DNA from: Chiloscyllium plagiosum
Lineage: Eukaryota
Direction of reading: 5' to 3'
Assembly: GCF_004010195.1 (NCBI RefSeq)
Contig: NC_057753.1
Location: 7,312,130 to 7,376,129, forward strand
DNA: 64,000 bases
Below the pieces are notes generated by a model. The model did no database searches. It saw only the letters and a program-made list of their open reading frames with translations, and was not told the origin of the DNA. Positions 26,152-38,796 of this stretch are shown one piece after another (position 1 is the stretch's first letter; every line of letters starts with the position of its first letter). Made by a program: the position numbers and the translations under genes.

Positions 26152-28929
26152 TAGAATTATAATCAACATTATGTCCAATGTCACCAACACGAAACAGGCA
26201 GTGCCATAGTGGTGTGTTTTCTGGAGTAAGTGGCTGGGACAAGGACCCAGTAACAGAGACTCAGAGACATATAGCATCTAACAGGAATGGATTCATTACA
26301 CGTCGTTTGGATGTCCGGTTCAGAATATATTTTATGTGAATGGTCTCAGTAACTAGAGATGTTAGTGTCACAAATAGATTGGAGAAGCCTGTTTAGAATG
26401 CCCCAATTGGCAGAAGTGTTAGCCTAAGTATGATTCTTGTGGATATGTAAGATAAGAAATATTGAAGTCTCCTCAATTTCTGCATCTGGTTGAACCGTTT
26501 GTTTTTTTTTTTATCATCTCCGCTCAGTCTAACATCCAAAATGTACTATTTCACATTTTGCAGTTTTTCACTTTCCCGTTCACCTATCAGTCCATTTCCC
26601 CAGATTGTCTTTATTGTGCTAAAGATCACAATCCTATTCATTGTTTACAACATCACCAAATTTCGTCTCATCAACAAAATTCGAAGTAATGTCACGTAAA
26701 CTGAAGTAAAGTTCATCGATGAGTTATCAAATGGTTTACCTCCTTCTTGAACACAATGGCTGCAGATATCACAGCTTTAAGTACCCCATAATGATTCTTC
26801 AAGTAGGTATATCGAGTTTCATAATGCATATCTATGTATCTGTGTTTGTGTGCACTTCTAAATTTGTTTGTGACTCTGCGTGAGCATGTGTCTGTGTAAG
26901 TCACTGTGTACATGTCACATCACCAGTATGTCTGAAAGCATTGACCTGCAAAACTCAAATTGGAGTTGAATAAATCCTTCATTAGATCAAATGTTCGGTA
27001 AAATGTAGAGGTGTGGATCCTTTCAGCTTTTGTTTTCAATTACCCGTCCTTGGCATGGCGACTGGCTCGACTCTGGCCAATTGGCAGAAGTGTTAGCAGA
27101 AGTATGGTTCTTGGGGCTATATAAATGTTCATAAAACATTCCTTTTACCACATCAGGCCATTCATAGATATCTTTCAGTGCAGTCTGTATTTTCTGAAGG
27201 CCAATTACAATTGTGTTAAACGCAAATTAAGTCGTCAATATATGCATCAATAAATCCCTTTCTCATCCGAACCCTAGCAAACCATTTATCTGGGATTTTT
27301 TTCCTGAGATCACCAGAAACGCGTGAGGGCGGGAAGAAGAAGGATAAACACTGCACAGAAAGGACATATTCAGGTGTAATTGAAGTGCCAGGTAATGAAA
27401 TGATAGCTGCAGAATGGAACTGTTACACGATTATTTATTTAACAATTCGTGTGATTATAGAAAATGTTGATGACGTAGTGGGTCATTGGATTAGTAATCA
27501 TCTAGGGATGTCTGTTTGAAAGGCAGCTGGTAACATTTAAATTCAGCAACAACAAAAATAAGTCGAAAGTTAGCATTCTGCCTTGCCTGGTCTGGCCTTT
27601 CTATTATTCCAGATCCATAACAGAGTTCTGACTGCCATCTGGGAAATAAATGCTAAAAGGCCAATGATACCCACATCCCAGGAACGATTTTGAAAAGCCA
27701 AATTGATAAAATAAAGGTGATGTTTAAAAGTAGAACCCGTGAATCCTTGTAAGTAGTATCTGTTATTTGAAAAATTACTTTGTGCCATGAATTGCTTTAC
27801 CTCAGAGTGTTGTTTTTACTTAGCCTGGTTGAATTGAGAACTCAGACACACAGCAAAATTATGCACTTTAACTGTACAAACAGATGACGGAGCAAGCCAC
27901 GTGGTTTACCAAATCGCCACAGAAATGTCCAATACGAATGAAACTGGATGCACTATATGGCATAATATTGAGCAAAAGAAATCGTAGAGGAACACACAGC
28001 TCTGTTGGCTCTGCAACGTTCTCCACACTGAAAGCTGAGAGATTATGGCACAATTTCGAAAGCTGTCACAAAACGAGTCAGCAACAACTTAACATAAACG
28101 TGTGCACAGAATCATACGTTACAGGCAATGTCCAGTTTCTAGAATTATAATCAACATTATGTCCAATGTCACCAACACGAAACAGGCAGTGCCATAGTGG
28201 TGTGTTTTCTGGAGTAAGTGGCTGGGACAAGGACCCAGTAACAGAGACTCAGAGACATATAGCATCTAACAGGAATGGATTCATTACACGTCGTTTGGAT
28301 GTCCGGTTCAGAATATATTTTATGTGAATGGTCTCAGTAACTAGAGATGTTAGTGTCACAAATAGATTGGAGAAGCCTGTTTAGAATGCCCCAATTGGCA
28401 GAAGTGTTAGCCTAAGTATGATTCTTGTGGATATGTAAGATAAGAAATATTGAAGTCTCCTCAATTTCTGCATCTGGTTGAACCGTTTGTTTTTTTTTTT
28501 ATCATCTCCGCTCAGTCTAACATCCAAAATGTACTATTTCACATTTTGCAGTTTTTCACTTTCCCGTTCACCTATCAGTCCATTTCCCCAGATTGTCTTT
28601 ATTGTGCTAAAGATCACAATCCTATTCATTGTTTACAACATCACCAAATTTCGTCTCATCAACAAAATTCCAAGTAATGTCACGTAAACTGAAGTAAAGT
28701 TCATCGATGAGTTATCAAATGGTTTACCTCCTTCTTGAACACAATGGTTGCAGATATCACAGCTTTAAGTACCCCATAATGATTCTTCAAGTAGGTATCT
28801 CGAGTTTCATAATGCATATCTATGTATCTGTGTTTGTGTGCACTTCTAAATTTGTTTGTGACTCTGCATGAGCATGTGTCTGTGTAAGTCACTGTGTACA
28901 TGTCACATCACCAGTATGTCTGAAAGCAT
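26152..28929. repeat. Direct duplication, 26152-26941 vs 28140-28929 (offset 1988 bp)
   Basis: About 790 bp nearly identical, with four substitutions seen. Duplicated ORFs appear in the track (26462/28450, 26713/28701). Confidence 0.95.
27480..27690 (+). mobile_element. Deu-domain SINE (SacSINE1-like), decayed
   Basis: 'ctgccttgcctggtctggcct...ctccagatccataac...ataaatgct...ccacatcccagga'. Confidence 0.5.
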
Positions 28930-29199
28930 ATCTTTGTATGCCTGCAAGTGTGTACGTCGACCAGCTTACCTGAGTTTATATGAGTGAATATTTCGATGTG
29001 TGTGAGACTGTTTGCATGTTTGTGTATGTGCATGTTTGTCAGCGTATATCTCTCTGTGTGAGTATAGTTGTTGCTTTATTTATGGATTTGTAAGCATCAC
29101 AGTGTGCACAAAGGCGTGAATGTATGCGTGTGGTTATGCAAGTCTCTACCTGTATGTGACAGAAAGAGAGAGAAAAAGGGAGAGACATAGAGAGAGCTA

Positions 29200-29440
29200 T
29201 AATTGTGTACAATTGATGACGAGGGAGTCCACGACTATAGGCCACAATCTAAGTATTTATGGTGTGCCATTTAAACTGAACTGAAGAGGAACATTTGTAT
29301 CCAGACAGTGGTGATCTTTCGAATTGTCTGCCACTGAATGCGGTCGTGGTCAAAACTTTTAATATGTTCAACAATAATGTAGACAGGCCCAAATGCTGCA
29401 GAGTTGTTGAGTTAACAGGGGCCTGAGTGGGAATGCAAAC
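29200..29440 (+). mobile_element. Old CR1 3' fragment
   Basis: 'gggagtccacgactataggccacaatcta...ctgaagaggaacatttgtatccagacagtggtg' is a decayed TRGH...RRNFFTQRVV region. Confidence 0.5.
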
Positions 29441-29675
29441 ATTCACAACCTGAACAACCAGCAAAGAAAATAGCTTCTCTTTCATGGTCCGCAGTGAATT
29501 TGACTGACAGAGGAAACGCGTTTGAACTCAGGTGGCTGCCTTTGCATCGATTCTTTATCTTCGGCAAGTTTCCTTATTTTATCCACAGTCACTCTGCATT
29601 TGTGAAATTTAAAGTATTTTGTTTTGCTAATGTCGCTGTCCGTTGATTGCACTTATTATTGCACGTATCTGGAGC

Positions 29676-29745
29676 AGGATGGCTTTTGAACCGGGGTCTC
29701 TCAGTTCAGTGTTAGGGACGATACCACTGCTTCACGAAGAGGCCC
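29676..29745 (-). mobile_element. tRNA-derived SINE head
   Basis: Minus strand 'gggcctcttcgtgaagcagtggtatcgtccct...gaccccggttcaaaagcc' has A- and B-box-like motifs. Confidence 0.45.
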
Positions 29746-31099
29746 GCCTCTGCCGCGGGTTTTCTAAGGTGCCCTGGGAGTATTTAGTGGCGCCTGGCTA
29801 CACAGGAGCAGGTGATTTTGTGATTTGTCCCCGTCCCAGTATGAAGCTTTAACCACTGATATTAAATGCTTCAATATTCTAACAGAACGACATTTTTTTG
29901 CTGTTGCGACCACCTAGAGTTCCTGGTTATTCTAACAGTTCGTTCAGGAATCTTAAACCCTCCTTCCATGACAGTGAATCCAACCTGCATCGCGCCGGGC
30001 AAAGCGCCAAATCATAAACACGAGACCACCAGGGAAGACTGCAGCCAAGCTGACATCTTTCCTTTCTGACGGGGCTTTTGCTTTCAGTTTGTTTTATCTG
30101 AAATTATTTCCACTGGAGATCAATTTCATCTCTAGTAAAATTGAATAATTGCGTTTGTACAGCATGAAAGAGGTCCTTTAAAACATCTGTCAATGCTGGT
30201 CATCAAACATCCATCTGTTCTAATCTCGCTTTCCACCACTTGGCCCCTTAGATTTGTAAGCTCTGACATTTCACGTGCTCATCTCAATAGCTCTTCAATG
30301 TCTTGAGTCTTTCAGTGGGACACGAACATCCTCTTCAGTGAAAAGAATGAACTATTACTTTTCACTTTTAGATGAAATCTACACTTCCCTCCTTGAAGAT
30401 TGCTTCGAAAGCACAACCGTTTTCTTCTAGTAGATTCTCACTTTTCCTAATGTGGCCTCACTCTCAGATGTTATGAAGCGCCTTGGAGCGTTTCATGAGA
30501 GAAGTAGAAAGGTACAAAATCTCATCTTGTATCTTTTCACGCTGATACTTTTCCTCCTGACGTTTATTCTGTAACGACACAATGAATGGGACTGAAGTTT
30601 AAGGTGGTGAAACTCTTCACCTCCCCGTTAGGGAATCAAACTGCTGCAACCCACACACAGACACATTCCGCCAAACGCGCAGAGGCTTCCACAGAGTCCA
30701 TGCCCTGAGAATGTAATTTCGCCCACTTAGCTCATTGTTTCTTCACTTAAGAATCAAAATTTCCTTAATGTTGATAATTCAACTGAAATTAAGGAATGTC
30801 GGGAATTGGAACGCTTTCCGCAACTCTTTGTTTTCGACAAGTATTTCCGCAAGGTCCCGTTTCAAATCAGAAATGGTGAGTATGAGAATCGGTAGGACTT
30901 GAAACTGCTCTGGGAGACACGTCATTTTCACCACTCGGTCATGTTTGCAGGATCCATGCATAATGCAACATCCGTCATTCAAAACTATAGCCTGGTTAAA
31001 GCAAGGAAAGAAATCATTTGGTTACAAATCTGCCCGTTTTACCCAATATGCTGACCACACTCCCACCTCAAGTTTTCCCCATCATTCTGCAGGTTATAC

Positions 31100-31807
31100 T
31101 GTTATGAAGGTGTAAGGGGTACTGTACCTTTAAGAGAGTTGAAGGACTTAGCAAGAACGCAGAGTGCTTGAGAATTTAGTGTAACATGTGGTCCAGCATT
31201 TAGCAGTAAATGGGTTACTTTGAGACAAAAAAAAACAAATTCAAATTCAGCCAGTTTAAGTTATGCCCCAAGATGATAAACACCAATCAAGTTTGAATTT
31301 GTTAGCTTGAAAATATTAAAACCAATTAAACGATCCGATCCTTTGGGTATAAAACCGAAAAAAGAATTGAACACTTTGGGGAGAAGTGCCAAGCCACGAA
31401 CATCTGCAGACTGCCCGCAGAATATCTCTCTTAAAAGTACCTTAAAAGCATCAATGACCTGTGAAACATAAATCCCCAATAAGAAGAAAATAAAATAGAG
31501 GAAGATACAAAGAGAAGCTGGCTTGTTTTGAAATTTGAATTATTGATTAATCTTTATCGGGGGTTTTATTGGACCAGTATTGTAGAAGGGACAGTAAAAG
31601 GTAGGTTAGAGAAACGCATTGTAAATAGTTGTTATTTTTGATTTAAAGAATAAAGATCTTCATTTGTTTACACTTCAAACGTGACTTTTGGGATATCTTT
31701 GGCCTATGGAAATTTAACAGATTACAGCGTGGGTTAAATCATTTCTCTGTTGCAGGTTTAAACTGGTAAGGGGGGGGGGGGGGGGGGGGTCACCCCGTGT
31801 AGTAACA
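31100..31807 (+). mobile_element. Solo LTR (708 bp)
   Basis: TGTTA...TAACA termini, perfect 4-bp TSD ATAC (31096-31099 / 31808-31811), internal TATAAAA (~31348) and AATAAA (~31649). Confidence 0.85.
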
Positions 31808-32746
31808 ATACGGCCATACCTCGTTCTTCCTCCCACACCCGAACATTCTTCATGGCAGTTGCTTTATGCCTGTCCAAACCACTTAAAAGATGAAACGGGA
31901 ATGTGGAAAGGGAACCATAGGAAGATTATTCCATCAAGGATATAAATCATTCATTTTGCTTTTGAAGATAATTTGGATATGGAGTATCTCAAAATGAGAC
32001 TCAAACTCACGAGTTCTTGCTTAGAACTTGATTGTTTACACAGAATGAGCTCAGGCTGTGAGGCTGGGTGTTGCTGGGTCCAGAAAACATAATAGTCTTT
32101 CCAGGCGAGCTCAACTGAACAGTTTAAAGTAACCACTTCGCCTTCTGTCTGAATATATCATCACAGCAGATCTGAAAAAGAAACCGTGTTCAATAAGAGG
32201 GGGAAAAAAAACTAAAAGGGGTATTTCAAATTCAGATTCAAACCACGTTCGGGAAATGAGTGAATAAAAGATATAACGTGTTTCATCTAGAATCACCTAT
32301 CTCAAAATCTCCTACATTATCTAAGCCCTGCGCAGGAGCATTGTCCCGTCAGTTCTGTAAAATGAAGGAGGATTTTAACCCAACCCAGTATCAAACGTTC
32401 AACATCAAAGGAGCATGAAAAACTCTATGTTATTATTGCTCAGATTTGAAAGTGCTGTGGGACAGAAAGAAATGCCGAAGGTTTTTAACTGTCTCATATC
32501 CCATTATTATTACTCTCCAACATCATTACACTCAGCTGTTTCACAAATCGGATTGCAGGATGTTTCTCTCATTGGTACTTTCATGTGCCTTGCAAACGTT
32601 ACTATCTTCAATACACTTGCCTTGTCCAGGGATTACTATCAAAGTCAATCATTCAACCTGTGGATAGTTCCATGTGACAATATTTTCAAAAATACGTTTT
32701 ATTCGTGAAATTTCTCAAAGTGTATGGCAAACTTTGTCGACTTGAT

Positions 32747-33053
32747 CCCTGCAGTGAGTAAGGAAAAAATGGGTGCAACCCCCTGCAATGAGTGAGGTCA
32801 TAAAGGGCCTGAGTCCTGCAGTCAGTGAGATCACAATGTGCTTGACCCCTGCAGTGAGTGAGGTCACAATGTGCTTGACCTCTGCAGTCTGTGGTCATAA
32901 TGTGCTTGAGCCCTGCACTGAGTGAGGTCACAATGTGCCTGACCCCTGCAGTCTGAGGTCACAATGGGCTTGATCTCTGCAGTGAGTGAGGATGGGCCTG
33001 ACCCCTGCAATCTGAGGTCACAATGTGCCTGACCCATACAGTGAGTGAGGTCA
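32747..33053. repeat. Minisatellite, about 9 units of 31/33 bp
   Basis: Consensus CCCTGCAG-T(GAG/C)TG-AGGTCACAATGTGCYTGAC, followed by TC/CA microsatellite. Confidence 0.9.
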
Positions 33054-33709
33054 GTCTCTATCTCTCTCTCACACTCACACACATACAGACACAAATACAG
33101 ACACAAATACAGACACACACGCATACACATAGACGCACACACACGTACTTTCTTCAGTTTCATTGAATTTAGCGCAAATCCTCTTTTGTTCTGGATCATT
33201 TTCTTTTCGCCCACCTGGCCATTCACCCATCAGCCTGTGCATATTCTCGATCACTGTTCTCTGAGTAGCTCCTCCTATGACAGTCTCTCCAATTCTCTTT
33301 GCTGCTATATCAAACAGAATCTCTCCCTTTCAGTCCTACAGTATGCTGTTCTAAGATTATATTTTTCATCCCCTCTTTCTCTGTTTGTTTGCTTCACTCT
33401 CTTGGCATCTGCGAATCATTTGGACATATGCTTGTTGCATATATGCTATCATATTATCTGTCTTTGATGATTCAACATAAAGATTTTAAGTCACCATGTT
33501 TCAGAATGCATATTGTTGACTGTAATCTGGTTAACATAACATGTTTGTTTAGTGACTGTAAGTAACAATAATCTCCATTGACCTTTGTGATGGCGCCAGA
33601 GGGTTTACTTTTTATATTAATGATGACGTAAGCAGCTTCATTCCATAATATCATTGAACGTATCGCCTCCAGCGCCAGTAGTGATCAGTGACTCGCAGTG
33701 GTGAAGAAA

Positions 33710-33806
33710 ATGTATAGGAGTCTCACACTAAATGGCAAGATAACAACGTTTCTTATTAATGTCCAAGAGATTTTCTACCCAGCTCTGGCTACTATTGGTG
33801 TTCCTG
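33710..33806 (+). CDS. GPR139-like GPCR gene 2, coding exon 1 (MYRSLTLNGKITTFLINVQEIFYPALATIGVP)
   Basis: ATG at 33710, 97 nt, donor G|GTATGT at 33807. Same 'GVP' phase-1 intron position as gene 1. Confidence 0.88.
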
Positions 33807-34388
33807 GTATGTCTCTGTATTTAACTGTAATCCTAATATTGTCATTTACCATCCTGATGCATTGGTGTTCATGGCCTTGGTAGGTTTATAGATCAATTTG
33901 TACATCTTCAAACCATGCTTCATCATATTTCAGATCTTCTGTAAGAAAGGGCCATATAATGCTATTATTCTGTTCATTGGCTGTCCCTGGATACGATCTT
34001 TATTTCATTCCGCTTTATGTAATTATTAGACCTTGCAAATTGTTCCCAGTTAACATCTTAGCATGTGTTCTCTTTCATTATTTCTTCAAATGTTTGTAAT
34101 TTTCCAAACATTAATAGAGGCCTTAATTCTCAAAAATACCTGCCTATTTTTAGAAATAAAACCCTCATCTTAATATGACAATGTATGCAATAACACTTCT
34201 ATAATGTGTAATGGTGCTTATGTTCTTTCCCTCATATCATTCATGGAATAGCCACATCCCTTTGAGGGATTGACAAATTTGTCTAAAGAGGCAATTTTGC
34301 AAATTCTGCTGTAACGAAATGTTTACAAAGTCTTATGAAGGAATAAATGCCTTCTGTTTGCATTCTTGTTTATTTCCCTTTCTTACAG

Positions 34389-35287
34389 TGAACCTAATGA
34401 CGATTGTAATTCTGTGTCATGGAAAATGTGGACTTTCGAAATGTGTCACGTGCTATCTGGTAGGCATGGCTGCGGCTGATCTCCTGGTCATTATCATCGA
34501 CCTTATATTGAGACATTTTCCAATTCTTTTTTGGAAACAGTTTCATTTTGTGTATTCCATCCATGTTTGTAATATCCATGCTATCATTCTTTATGCATGT
34601 ACAGACTGCTCTGTCTGGTTCACCGTCACTTTCACTGTTGATAGGTTTGTGGCTATTTGTTGCCAGAAACTGAAAAGGAAATATTGCACCAGCATAATCG
34701 CAACTTCAGTCCTTTCAACAGTAACAGTACTGAGTTTTTTAAAGAACATTTTTTGGTATTATATGTTGACAGCTAAGTATTGGCTTATTAACTTCCCTTG
34801 GTTTTGTGAGGTAAGAAGTGGTGTCATGGAATCTAAGGTTTGGGCAACAGTGGAATTTCTTCATTATATCTTTACACCATGTGTTCCATTTGTTCTGATA
34901 CTGCTGCTCAACAATTTAACCATCAGACATGTTTTAGTTGGCAGCAGAGCCCGTAAGAGGCTTCGGGATCACAGCTGTGCGAACAGTTCCAAAGACTCAG
35001 AGATGGAGAGTCGAAGGAAGTCGGTCATTTTACTGTTTGTTATTTCCGCTAATTTCATATTGTTCTGGTCAATATTTATGTTGTACTCTGTATGGTGGCG
35101 TATGTGGGTTTTTGGCTATGAATCTGTTTGGTTTCCTGAATTTTTACTGGAATTGGGCTTCATGCTGCAGCTCCTGAGTTGCTGCACTAATACTTGCATT
35201 TATGCTGTCACGCAGAAAAAGTTCAGGGAGCAATTGAAGAATGTAATGATATATCCCATTAGAGTACTTGGAAAGTTTAATAAGTGA
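34389..35287 (+). CDS. GPR139/GPR142-like orphan class A GPCR gene 2, coding exon 2 (spliced CDS 996 nt, 331 aa)
   Basis: Polypyrimidine tract plus 'ttacAG' acceptor at 34387-34388. Motifs 'GKCGLSKC', 'MAAADLL', 'TVDRFVAICC', 'PWFC', 'NTCIYAV..KKFREQL'. Stop TGA at 35285-35287. Confidence 0.93.
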
Positions 35288-36725
35288 TTAAAAGCACATT
35301 TCCCATGTTTCCAGCAGCTGAAATTAACTTAATTTCAGATGATGTAGAAATAACTAATATCTGCAGTTCAGATTATATAAATCAATATTAATACGGCACT
35401 GGCACATTCTGTTCCTAATAGTCCAATAGCTGTGATTTTGTGAAATATGTAACATTACCACTGATTTCTGAAATTTTATGCTATAGCAGGTATCAAAGGT
35501 TAAAATTGACGCATTCTTAAAGACTGTCAATTGATGCGAAGAAACTGACACTATTAATAAAACGTTTACTAAATCCTTGACTTTTATTTGCAATGAAAAG
35601 AATATGAGAAGTGTATAAACATTTACTGCGCAGTTATAACATTCATTCACTGGTTGAGGGAAACACATGCACACATCATAATAGTGCCGGGGACATCTCA
35701 TTTTATAAGAAAACCATTATCATCTTGGAAATCCAAAAGTTATCCACGTTATTTCATGATATTACACCAGTGATATCTCACTGGTATCTCAGCCGGCGCA
35801 CTTTCCATATCTCTTTCTCCGCAGATCAATTGATGACTCATCACCTTTTGAAAAGAGAAAGGATTTAACTCTTTCAGGACATGTGTATTTACTCCTGAGG
35901 ATCCTGTGCAAAATATCTAAGCAGGAACCTAGATTAAGGGTCATAAAGATGTATATGACTCGTCAAGTGAAAACCTCCAATCTTGAGTCTATAAGGCACC
36001 AACACCGTGTTAGTGGTTGTACATTCTAAGGTTCATAACTCGCCACCTCACTCTCTAAAAGCTGTCTAATATCAACAAAACATGAGTCAGAAGTGTACAG
36101 GTCAATCCTCATTGGACTGCATGAGTGCAATACTAACAACCTTTAAGAGTCTTGAAACAATCTGTGACAAACTCTCAACACATCCAGAAGCATTTACTCC
36201 TTCCAAAGCTTAGAAGCACTGGTACATAACATCTGCAAGAAAAACTGCAGAACACCAAAATTCCTTGACAGCATTTTCCAAAGCCATGACCATCCAACTT
36301 TTCAAATACAATGGCAACAAATACATGGGAACACCAGCACCTGCATTTAATAACCAACTGCTCGCAACCTTCCCCCTCCCCACCGTAAAGCCACTCATCA
36401 TTACGTATCAATCGTTGCAAACGACGTTTAGCCACACCCTTGTGATGATCATATTAATAATAATGGTTGGCAGAACACTTTCTGTTTTATCTTTTCTAAA
36501 CATTTTCTTTCTCTAGTTGACTATCCAACGTCCGCTCTCAAAATTCATTGGGGTCCCAGCCGTGTTGATAGGCTCCCTAATTGCTCAAACATTTGAACAG
36601 GAGTATCATTTCTTACCTTGTTTCATCTTCTCCAAACTCCTTTATCTATACTTCTGGTTCATCCATCCGACAGAAAGTGCATTTGACTGGTCCAAAAGTT
36701 TGACTTCCTTTCTCAACTATGATTT

Positions 36726-37345
36726 CTCAAGATTTGGAGATGTCGGTGTTGGACTGGGGTGTACAAAGTTAAAAATCACAAAACACCAGGTTATAGTCCA
36801 ACAGGTTTAATTGGAAGCACACTAGTTTTCGGAGCGTCGCTCCTTCATCAGGTGGTATTGGAGGGCTCCATCCTAACACACAGAATTTATACCAAAAATT
36901 TAAAGTGTAATGTGACCGAAGTTATACATGGAAAAATACCTTGATTGTCTGTTAAGCCTTTCATCTGTTAGAATACAGTGATAGTTTCACTTCTTTCATG
37001 TGTAAATCACAAAACATTTTTTTAAAGTTGCATTCTCGGGTTAGCTGTTAACAATGGTGATAGCGAGATAATATGTCGAGACATATTGTCTAGATATGTC
37101 TAGACAAAAAGGTTTTTGTGATTTACACATGAAAGAAGTGAAACTATCACTTTATTATAACAGATGAAAGGCTTAACAATCAATTTTTCAATGTATAATT
37201 TCAGTTACATCACACTGTAAATTTTTGCTATAAATTCTGTGTTACGATCGAGCCCTCCACTATCACCTGATGAAGGAGCGTCGCTCCGAAAGCTAGTGCT
37301 TCCAATTAAACCTGTTGGACTATAACCTGGTGTTGTGTGATTTTT
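36726..37345. mobile_element. Fold-back palindromic Penelope-like insertion, family 2 (~620 bp)
   Basis: Inverted arms centred ~37090. 11-bp TSD aactatgattt (36715-36725 / 37346-37356). Hammerhead motifs on both strands. Confidence 0.88.
37264..37298 (+). ncRNA. Minimal type I hammerhead ribozyme motif (PLE family 2)
   Basis: CAC-CTGATGA-A-GGAGC-GTC-GCTCC-GAAA-GC-TA-GTG: intact core, 5-bp helix II, palindromic AGCT helix III, 3-bp helix I. Confidence 0.75.
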
Positions 37346-38796
37346 AACTATGATTTGTCAATGGTTGTTGTTATTCTTTGCTCTACAGTCGTCGACATAT
37401 CACACCCTACCTCCATCCCCACCTTCCAAAACTCCACGCCCAGGAATTTAGATGCTTTAAAACTGGAGTCTGGATTCGACCTCCTCCTTCTCTGGTATAA
37501 CATAGTTAGCTGAATGGCAACAGCTGTGGAGAGGAAAATAAGAGTTACCATTTCCAATTCCAGTGACCCTTCGTCAGAAATGGAAGTCCCTGGAAATGCT
37601 AAAGTTTGGAGTTTTGATTTAAAACTGGCTCGAGAGCATTTTGCAATCTTTGTCTCCGACTCTGCACATTCTGCAAATGGATGTGATCTCTGCTTTCGAG
37701 TTGGCAGTCAGTTGTCACGGGCTCAATCTAAAAATCTGAATATTCTGAAATAGAACTTCAGTCAACATATTCAGAGTTGCAAAGTGGTTGTATTACTCTC
37801 TCCAAACTGATCTGTATCATTCCTACAAGCAGTTTCTGAGCAACACTTACATCTACGAAAACATCTAATGATTTAAAGCCCCATCATTTCAATCAATCCT
37901 GTTCTTAGCGACAACGTGTCCACGTTCCTCAACATTTGTTTCGGGGTTTGCATATTGTCCTGCTCTCTGCCCTCATTCCGAAATCAGATGCACTTTAATA
38001 TCAAACACAATTTCAATTGCAAAGCTGATGGAACAACAATGGGAAACAAGTCAATTGCTCAGTTGGAGTTCATGCTTAGTTACACAACAGTCACCTTTTC
38101 CATAAACTGATGATATTTTGCCGGGTAGGTTTTTTGGGAAGTTGACGTGACTTCTAATTGTGACGTTCTCACTCAGGTATTGGCCAATGCTTCTCAAAAG
38201 CTCCGTTTTCCCAATCTCTCTCACTGTGGAGTGCGAGCGAATCACCGATAGCTTTGCTGAAATCCAAACAATTCACAAATTTCTAAAGGATTGGATACAG
38301 AGACAGTGTGGTCTGGTATGTCAGGAGATTGTTAATGATAAATGTTGATTTAAATAATAGAAGTACTTCAGTTGTTGGTCACTATTTGGAGAACAACTTC
38401 CTGGTCTCATTCACAACGGGAAATATGCGGCAAAATGTTGAATGAAATCACCTGAATCCCCTTTCCCTTGTGGTCTCAAGGCAACATCCTTTGGTTGAAA
38501 GGTGAATTGCGCCACAGGCAGTGGTGAGGTTCATGATCCCATGAATCAGGCTGTCAGTGAGTTAAAAGTTTTTATTCAATTGTCCTGTCTCAGTTCTATT
38601 TTTCCAAAATAAAAGCTGGGACATTTAGTGTGCGACATGGGAACGGTCTGATGCCACCCACTACATTCGTGACATCCAGAATCAACTCTCCCAAACCAGA
38701 TCAGTCTCCCTTCCAGTCGTTTAGTTTTTATTTATGTGTTCATGAGTTCTATCACTGTTCCAAATCCGAGATGAGGTTTGAATTGCTGATGTTTAG

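Noticed and set aside
24271..26277. 668-, 388- and 382-aa ORFs
   Set aside because: Artefacts of reading through the N gap. The real coding part is CR1 RT next to a PLE fragment.
30780..30885. Possible upstream non-coding exon of GPCR gene 2 (donor ATG|GTGAGT at 30876)
   Set aside because: An isolated donor motif with no other support.
32686..33226. Repetitive Cys/His ORFs ('CRGQAHCDLT')
   Set aside because: Minisatellite translation with frame changes between 31- and 33-bp units.
34319..34388. ORF-track N-terminus 'MFTKSYEG...' for GPCR gene 2
   Set aside because: Intronic polypyrimidine tract. The spliced exon at 33710-33806 restores TM1.
176..35287. Assigning the symbol GPR139 to either gene
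   Set aside because: Both are divergent family members. Orthology cannot be established without phylogeny and synteny.
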